This document shows positions 35,901 to 42,048 of a DNA stretch of 42,048 nt, piece after piece. This DNA comes from Lama guanicoe (Eukaryota). The notes beneath the pieces were generated by a model, which saw only the letters and a program-made list of their open reading frames with translations, did not search any database and was not told the origin of the DNA. Every line of letters starts with the position of its first letter. Within the stretch, counting starts at the first letter, position 1. A program made the position numbers and the translations under genes. Where the stretch lies: the NCBI GenBank assembly GCA_013239625.1, contig MU053561.1, positions 5,940,439 through 5,982,486 of the forward strand, read 5' to 3'.

Positions 35901-38900
35901 TGAATCAGGCTGTGGGATTTAATTTGCAAAAGGCATCATGTGGGTAAGACAACTTTCCTTTCTCCTCATCCCAGGACGCCCTGTGACACCTGGACCGCCC
36001 GCACCAGTGCAGGCTGTTGGTATCAAGTCAGGCTAGAGAGGGGAAGTGAGATGTGTGGGATGTGGCCCGGCCCTGCCAGGCCATCATTCAGCATGGGCAG
36101 GACAGGCCAACCTCCCCACACGGATGGGCTGAGGTGAATGAACGGGACACATCAATGATCCTCGGGTCCCTCCTATTTCTGGGCTCTGATCATGACTTGT
36201 GAACAGTGTGGACAGCTGTGACTCCAGCAGTAGGGCTGCAGGGGACCTGCTCTTTTGCCCCATCCGCCCTGACCAGGGAGAAGTACTGTAGGCACAGCAC
36301 AAGCACTTGATCTTTAAGGACAACTTCAGATTTCATTGGAGGCTTTTCCCTACTTTCCTAAGTAATGCTATTGGGCATTCCTTGTGATGTTTGATAAACT
36401 ATTTTGCCTTTTCCCATGCAAATGCAGAGAATATTGAGCATAGTTTAATAAAAGCCATTAGTTGGGAAAAGAGAGATAAAACTAAATGATGAAATTAAGA
36501 TGTGATATTTTAAAATACTTTAAGTCTGTGATTCAAAATAGCCTTTGAGGGTGGGTTTACTGGTTTTGTTCATTGTTTCACAGAGTAAAGTTTTTAATTT
36601 CAGAGGTGTTACCCTTCAGACCATGTGAATTATCAATAAATCTTATTAAGTATCCTAAAATGCAGTGATTAATGATGAAGAAACTCTGCCTGCAGGAAAT
36701 GGGAAGGGCACACGAGGCTGAGAGCAGTGCTTAGGGAAAAAGCCCAGGAAGCTCTACAAGGCGCAGGTGCAGGGCTGGGGTCAGGAGGGGCAGCCTGCGT
36801 CCAGGGAGGATTTGTTCAAGGGGGTTGTGGGAAGTGATGCTGCTGAAGAAAGAGGGGCCGGAGGGAGCAGGAGTGTCAAGGCAAGGTGAGGATTTGAGTT
36901 CATGTAGGGAGGTTGAGGAGGACAAGTTTCCCCAAGCTGAGTAAGACTGGTGAGACCGCTGCTAGTGTGGAGAGACAGGATCAGCGGAAGCCTTTAGAAG
37001 GAGGTCGGATGAATCACTGATGAGAGTGAGACAGAGTGCGCTCTCTGGAAGACGACGCGGTCACAGACACAGGAGAGACACGTTTAAGAAACAGTTCAAC
37101 AAAGTTTGTTGAGCAGGAGGGTCTCCAGGGGGTAGTGAGGGGGGAGCCACACAGCAATGTGCAGCAGGCCCCGTGGGCCGTGACCCCACCTGAGCCTGAC
37201 CTGGACTGGATGAGCTACTTGAGCTCTTTGGTTAGCCCACTCTCTGAGAATATGAACTCACTTCACAGTAGAATTGTAAACATGGGTGATTAGGAGCAGT
37301 GCCTGGTGCCCCTGGAGGGGGGTGTAATATAAGGAATGTGCACTGTGTCATCTCCCTGAAGAACCAGACATCCTGATTCTGTAGCCCTTCTGGACACTGA
37401 GCTTCCAGCAAGGCCCTCAGACCTCAGCTACACTACTTACAGGTGCCAGTACCCACCAGCCCACCCAGGACACATGTAGCCATGGGACGTATCCCTGTGT
37501 GGTGGGTGGACGGGCTGTAAAAACACACGGGGAAGGGAGTTGAAAAGGCTCCAGAAGTGGGAAGAGTTCTCATAACTTGGTCCATGTGCTATAGCCCCCA
37601 AGTCCCATTTCTAGTGGAATTTGCAGCCTTTGGGCCCTACTTCTCTTGTTATATCTTTATTCTAATTAGACATCAACAATTCCTCGTCCTCCCTTCCCTG
37701 GGTCCTGGCCAGAACCTTGTCTCTAGGCTACAGGGAAGGGTCGCTAATAACTGAGTCATGGTCGTGACCTCACCTGCCATCCAGTACCCTCTGGACCCAA
37801 GTGGGTGATTTTTGATCTCAGCGACGTTGCTGCCAGGCACCTGCCATCTCAGCGTCCCCAGGCACAGCCTTCAAAATGACATCTCCGTCATGCCCATGAT
37901 GTCTGCCTCTGTTGTCTGGCTGATTGGGTGGTCTCCCTGATAGGCAGGAACAGCAGAAATGGGTGTCGTGGGAGGGGCTGACAAAGGGAAAGTTGCATTG
38001 GTCCTACTGAACTGTCCTCTCCTTTCAGCTGACTCCTGGGAGGACCGTCCCCAAGGGCCTCTGAGTTTCCAAGGGTCAGAGATGCAAGCTTCACAAGCAC
38101 ACCTGCAGACAAGCTCCCAGGTGACCCATCACCTGCAGCTGCAGCAGGACCAGCAGTTTGACTGTGGTGACGGCATCGTCAGGCTCGGCCTTCCCTCCAC
38201 CGTGTGGGGCTGCACAGCCAACACTGAGTTTGGAGACCAAGGGCTGCCCCTGCAAGGTAAGAAAGAAACGGGGAGTAGGAAGCTCTAGTCCATGAGCTGG
38301 TTGTGCCAGAGCTGGGGGTTGAGGAAACAGTGGGGCCTCTGCCATGCTCCTTTCAGGTCCACTCGAAATCCCCAACGCTCTAACAGAGGGAAGTGAGCAA
38401 GAGCCGCAGATTTAGGGCCAGCTCTGCCCCAGGTCCTGGGTTTGCAAATTCCTGGTTCTTTAACAGAACCAGGTTATTTATCTTGTGAGGTATTCCCTTC
38501 TCGTTTCCCTTATCTGACCACAGGGAAGTTAAATCTACCTTCCGTGGTTGTTGGGAGTGTTAAGAAACATAGTTCCCAGGGTCCGTGATTCGGTAAAACC
38601 TGCGTCAGCACACCTGTGACTGTGTGATGTCTACCCGTGTATCTTGCTGGTGATGTAACACTTACACAATGATTGCACGTGCATTGTCTCAGCTGAAGTG
38701 CAGGAATTTTGATGGTCTCCACTTTCTCTAGACCCTGTCTTCCCTTGCTTTCTCAGAATGGCACGCTTGCCAGAGTTCTCTTCTCCTCACCCATCCTCAA
38801 GCCAGTTTTCCCCCGTTACGTGCTCTCAGTGCGTTAGTAATGTTTAGTAGCAGTGTGAAAACTGCCCACACACTTCAATGTCCTGTTGACTTTTCACATG

Positions 38901-40418
38901 GAGGTAATTTTTCTGTTTTTAGCCCTTTATTTAAAATAAAGAACCACCTTCATAGATAAGGTGAGCCACTCAGTTTCTTCTATGATGCTCCATTTAATTC
39001 GTCCTCTCCGCTCATCTCCATGGCCATCTCCTCGGTTTTCTTATCATGATCCGACTCTTCTCTGATTTTCTTCAATGAGCTTTCATACCCTCACATGCAT
39101 TTCATCTGGGACGTATTCATCCTTACCCTCTACTGCTCTCAGTATCTTCACCTGGAGACTGGGGCCGCGTGGTGCCCATCTGTCAGGCGATCGCCTCATC
39201 TAAGAAATGAGGATAGCGGAGGTGAGAGAAGAAGGGTCACCACTGGCCACTGAGCAGAGATCCCATGGGAAGTGCTCAGCGGGTGTTAGGGATGCGTGGC
39301 CCTGACAAGTGCCATTAGCCCTTGTGGTATTTCATTGTCTTGCCTTCCCTCTAGTCTCTTTTTCTTGACCTTGGCTTCCCACATTCTTGGCCAGGACTCA
39401 GCCCCACTGGCTAGTCACTCTCTCTCCTGCACACTTACCCCAGAGGCCTGAGTCTGAATCCAGGCATCACGACAGATTTTGCTGCAAACGCTAGTTTTAA
39501 TGCCCTTTTTTCTCATAATCCCCCGGATCTAATCGTTCATGTTACCACCAGAGCTTCCCTCGCTTATTCTTCTTATCTCTGTTTTTCCTTTGTCAATTTC
39601 AACTCATCAGAGGCTGTTAGAATGATCCATTCAATATCTCAACGCCATCATCCATTGCTTCCCTTGTACACACACACACTTGTGAGTGTTGTATTTTTAT
39701 CACAGCTTCCATGTCTTATTTAGCTTGGGTATGATAAACATTATCTATAGTGTATGTACAAATATATGGGAAGCATATACTGATACACATATGTAAAAAT
39801 TTCCAGTTTGAGACTTCCCCAGTTCTTTCTTTCCTGAGGTTTTCTTTCAACATTGACTTTTCTTACGTTCTGCAGTCCCTTCTGTCCCAATAGTACAGCC
39901 TCTGACTGCCCTGATTGCCTTGCCTTGTCTTTTCTACCTAGGAACTTTGTGTTTTCGTCAATTCTATTTTCCTTAAAGTTTTTTGGCAATGTGAACATGT
40001 TTGCCTCCTGGCAGTCTTACCAGCACTGCACAGTTTGGGGACGGTCAACAAAACAGAAGAATACCGAGGTGTCTCCACTGGCTTCACCTGGCAGGGACGT
40101 TCAGATGGCCTCTCTTGTTCCTGGGCACTTTCCTTAATTGATGTTCCACTTGGCTGGAGGAGTAATTCATTGTCTGATCATGAATAACAATGCATCCTGT
40201 TTTCTGTGGTTTTATCTTTAGAGCTGGGTTTGGATGCTTCCATCGGAATGAAGAGCCCCCCCAAGGTGGAGGGTGAGGGCTCAGCTGCCAGCCAGCATGA
40301 GTGTCAAGTCTCTAGCAACAGTAATGCCTCCAGTGTCCTGAAACAGAAGGTTCTGCGAAGAAAACTGCTGCGCAGCAAGTGGAGAATAGCATGCAGGTTC
40401 CCTGGCCTTCAAGCGTAG
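20756..40418 (+). CDS. NBPF: NBPF4/NBPF6-like neuroblastoma breakpoint family protein, 15 coding exons (one inferred in the gap), about 731 aa, five Olduvai (DUF1220) domains
   Basis: All visible exons have AG/GT sites, matching phases and no stops; exon lengths plus a 52-nt exon in the gap sum to 2196 nt. Confidence 0.92.
22912..23041 (+). CDS. NBPF: NBPF exon 2: KCEEYKDIIESVLGEKLQFRVVKLAEQLAEKLAEKPALADERFR
   Basis: cag/gtaagg, 130 nt, phase 1-2; matches NBPF YEECKDLIK..L...QF...KLAEQL. Confidence 0.92.
23689..23903 (+). CDS. NBPF: NBPF exon 3: EYDTLIRSQARELTQLRQKLRDGREDSVLLIQQLRDVLTHNDLDNNPGQGFREQLTKGRRLAERLARKLSP
   Basis: 215 nt, phase 2-1; NBPF/PDE4DIP coiled-coil exon. Confidence 0.93.
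24965..25013 (+). CDS. NBPF: NBPF acidic small exon: EIHEDEEDELEETLTP
   Basis: 49 nt, cag/gtaatc, phase 1-2. Confidence 0.88.
25883..26094 (+). CDS. NBPF: Olduvai long exon A (CON1-like): IEQEELEEELLQECQDECVLNPS...DQIPADLP
   Basis: 212 nt, phase 2-1, QE..DEC motif. Confidence 0.9.
26853..27324. other. Assembly gap (472 N)
   Basis: Run of n inside the tandem repeat. Confidence 1.
27813..28027 (+). CDS. NBPF: Olduvai long exon B (CON1-like): MELEAFEKEDVLQESQDECVLNPS...DQIPTDLP
   Basis: 215 nt, phase 2-1; paralog of exon A. Confidence 0.9.
29028..29079 (+). CDS. NBPF: Olduvai small exon: ENQNECDEAAGQEPVSA
   Basis: 52 nt (the usual NBPF small-exon size), cag/gtaatt. Confidence 0.88.
29872..30086 (+). 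CDS. NBPF: Olduvai long exon C (CON1-like): MDLLEVQNDDVLQESQDECVLAPS...DEIGADFP
   Basis: 215 nt, phase 2-1. Confidence 0.9.
30200..31660 (-). mobile_element. 5'-truncated L1 (ORF2 C-terminus plus 3' UTR) in an NBPF intron
   Basis: ORF2-like 'WNRIESPEVNP..YSHFIFNK..KNIQWRKDRLFSKWCW'; 13-bp TSD acaattcccttta (30187-30199) / acaattaccttta (31661-31673). Confidence 0.92.
32533..32584 (+). CDS. NBPF: Olduvai small exon: ENQNDQDGLKGAEPVIC
   Basis: 52 nt, cag/gtaatt. Confidence 0.88.
33289..33360 (+). mobile_element. 72-bp L1 3'-end micro-insertion
   Basis: L1 terminus plus aataaa and poly(A); perfect 14-bp TSD aaacagttcatcta (33275-33288 and 33361-33374). Confidence 0.88.
33439..33614 (+). CDS. 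NBPF: Olduvai long exon D: RLSTELPQIVEDDIPRHSVEEYYLTYLALPDLSDSFWPYRSAAIYSFEGLELSYARDVT
   Basis: 176 nt, cag/gtgagt; RLS.EL...L.DS..PYRSA motif of Olduvai exons. Confidence 0.9.
34628..34679 (+). CDS. NBPF: Olduvai small exon: KNHPVVEEEEEQDHIYS
   Basis: 52 nt, tag/gtaatt. Confidence 0.88.
34705..34838 (-). mobile_element. L1 3'-end micro-insertion whose tail became a (TCTR)n microsatellite
   Basis: ATCT/GTCT repeats at ~34719-34772 next to an L1 terminus; 18-bp TSD tgaagactcaggggtctt (34687-34704) / tgaagaatcatggctctt (34839-34856) with 3 mismatches. Confidence 0.8.
35597..35769 (+). CDS. NBPF: Olduvai long exon E: RLSSEQPVVEENEGPQDSLDECYLTSSVGHDLSDSCRPDRGASFPWDQQGVFSALAVD
   Basis: 173 nt (176 with the upstream CAG acceptor); QDSLDECY motif; gtgagt donor. 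Confidence 0.92.
38029..38256 (+). CDS. NBPF: NBPF4/6-type penultimate exon: ADSWEDRPQGPLSFQGSEMQASQAHLQ...GDQGLPLQ
   Basis: 228 nt, phase 1-1; resembles the recalled NBPF4/6 'SEIQASQAQLEPST...LQLDQGFHCGNG' region. Confidence 0.85.
40222..40418 (+). CDS. NBPF: NBPF4/6-type last coding exon: ELGLDASIGMKSPPKVEGE...KVLRRKLLRSKWRIACRFPGLQA*
   Basis: tag acceptor, phase fits; resembles NBPF4/6 'ELVLEPSLGMKNPPQLE...RRRLPFSKWRLAFRFAG'. Confidence 0.87.
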
Positions 40419-40924
40419 GGGACAGAGGTAATCATAGCTAGGCCCTTCCATGCACGTCTTCCCTGTTCCTCCTCATCTAAGATTACACCTGAAACTCCAC
40501 TAGTTTGTCCTCTTTCTTTTTCATTCACTTAACAGTTGATCCTCCCTCTGTCTGCTCTTTCCTGTTTTCCATGGGAGTTGCCACCCTGTCAGGCCCTTCC
40601 ATCCCCACTTCCTGTTTCTACTGTGAACTCTGCTGTGTTCCTGCCACTGCTGCCCTGGTATTCCTTCTCACCTCTACTCCTAGCTACAGGGAAGCCTGGC
40701 CCCGAGGTCCCCCTCATCAGAAGAGCATCATTTAGGCCCCTCAACACGGAGTACTTTGCCTGAAATCACACACTGTCTTGGTTTCATTGCCTTTCTTTCC
40801 CTGCCCTCCCTCCCTCCACTCCACTGCCTCTTCCAGAATCATTGTCTTAATGTTTCACATGCACATGGGTTGGCTTCTGCATAACACACCTAGGACAACA
40901 CTGAGTCCTTGATATCTCCACGTG

Positions 40925-40930
40925 AATAAA
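40925..40930 (+). terminator. Candidate polyadenylation signal
   Basis: First AATAAA seen after the stop, about 500 nt downstream. Confidence 0.45.
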
Positions 40931-42048
40931 AGGTGATATAACTAAGGAATGAGAACCCTGATTACAAAACTAAATAAGAACCTCAGGTATAGGTGGGAAT
41001 GCTGCACTGGCCTGGAGTCGAGTTTCTCACCAGCCTCCGGTGGTCAGCTCTGTGGTAATGTCCATGGGGCTCCCAGGGCCTCATTGGAGCTGGTGGAGGA
41101 CAACATATGGCACCCTAAAGTGACATTGGCCAAAAGCTGAAGCATAGACCAAGTGATTACAGATCGCAAAAAGCATGACGTGCCGGGGTTTCAGACCTCT
41201 CTTCCTTTTACTCACATGACTCCTTCTACATGTTCAGAAAAGTCCAGAAAAAAATGACCTAAGTTGGAATCTTAGACAAAGGGACCTAGGAGAGCATCAT
41301 AGTGAATTAACTTGGGACAGATTTATGAAGACTCAGATACACAGGATGTAAGAAGATCATTGCCTCAGGCAAGGCCACTTGAGAAGGCAAGTGATTTACT
41401 CTAGACTGTCCGAAGGAAGGTGAGAAAATGTTTATGGCCAGTGGGAAAGGAGTTCATGGCGGAAGTAATGAAGCGACAGAAAAAGAATGGTGTGAGGCAG
41501 TGCAGGTCTAGTGGGTAGCTCTAAATCCTGCCATCATGAATAACCTGGGTGAGCTTGGATCTATCTAACATGAATGGCTTGACCCAACCCCTTGATACTG
41601 TGATTCTGAAGTTCTGGGGTGAGGTTTCGGCATCAGTATTTTTCAAAGCTCTGCTGACATGCATGTAGGGATTGGAAGGACTGTGGATTTGATAGGATAT
41701 CAGGAAGCCGGATAAGAGTGTCCCAGGGATCCTTGCTCCAGACAGCAGTCTGTTTCTGAATGTGTATGAGAGATGCTCAGCCCATCCCTCCCTGGGATAT
41801 GTGAGAAAGGCATCACTTTGGTCCAGATGAAGAGGAATCAAAAGTCAGTTGGCTGCTGAGGAACCAGTCGGGGGATCTGGCTAAGACTCTGCAGCAGCTT
41901 TGAGCTGGCGTATCCCCACCCTAGTATCTACAGTCTGCACATTTGTTTCAGGAGTTATTTCTTCTAACTCGTGGATCTCCCTTTTCCCTTCAGCACCAGC
42001 CTCGGGCTCCTTCAGCCCCTCCTCTCAAGAGGATCCCAGCCCAGCCTG

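Noticed and set aside
37097..37113. Hairpin tcaacaaa-g-tttgttga
   Set aside because: Resembles the common L2 3'-end palindrome and is short enough to arise by chance
1..42048. CRISPR arrays or prokaryotic operons
   Set aside because: Sequence is clearly mammalian; no repeat-spacer structure

Overview
Mammalian genomic DNA, probably camelid, judged from a Vic-1-like tRNA-derived SINE at ~6.42-6.55 kb. The main feature is an intact-looking, multi-exon NBPF gene on the + strand (ATG 20756, stop 40418). It encodes an N-terminal coiled coil, five Olduvai/DUF1220 exon doublets (three form a ~2.06-kb tandem array interrupted by a 472-N assembly gap) and an NBPF4/NBPF6-type C-terminus. With one 52-nt exon inferred inside the gap, the exons splice into a 2196-nt frame (731 aa). 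Upstream lie a three-exon unprocessed PDE4DIP (myomegalin) pseudogene fragment on the - strand, a CpG island holding a tRNA-Gln(CTG) with a T54C B-box lesion, two decayed tRNA-Asn relics, a U1 snRNA pseudogene and a cluster of RFX X-boxes at the NBPF 5' end. The rest is L1, LTR, L2/MIR and SINE debris. Gene and family calls rest on remembered reference sequences compared by eye, not on database searches.
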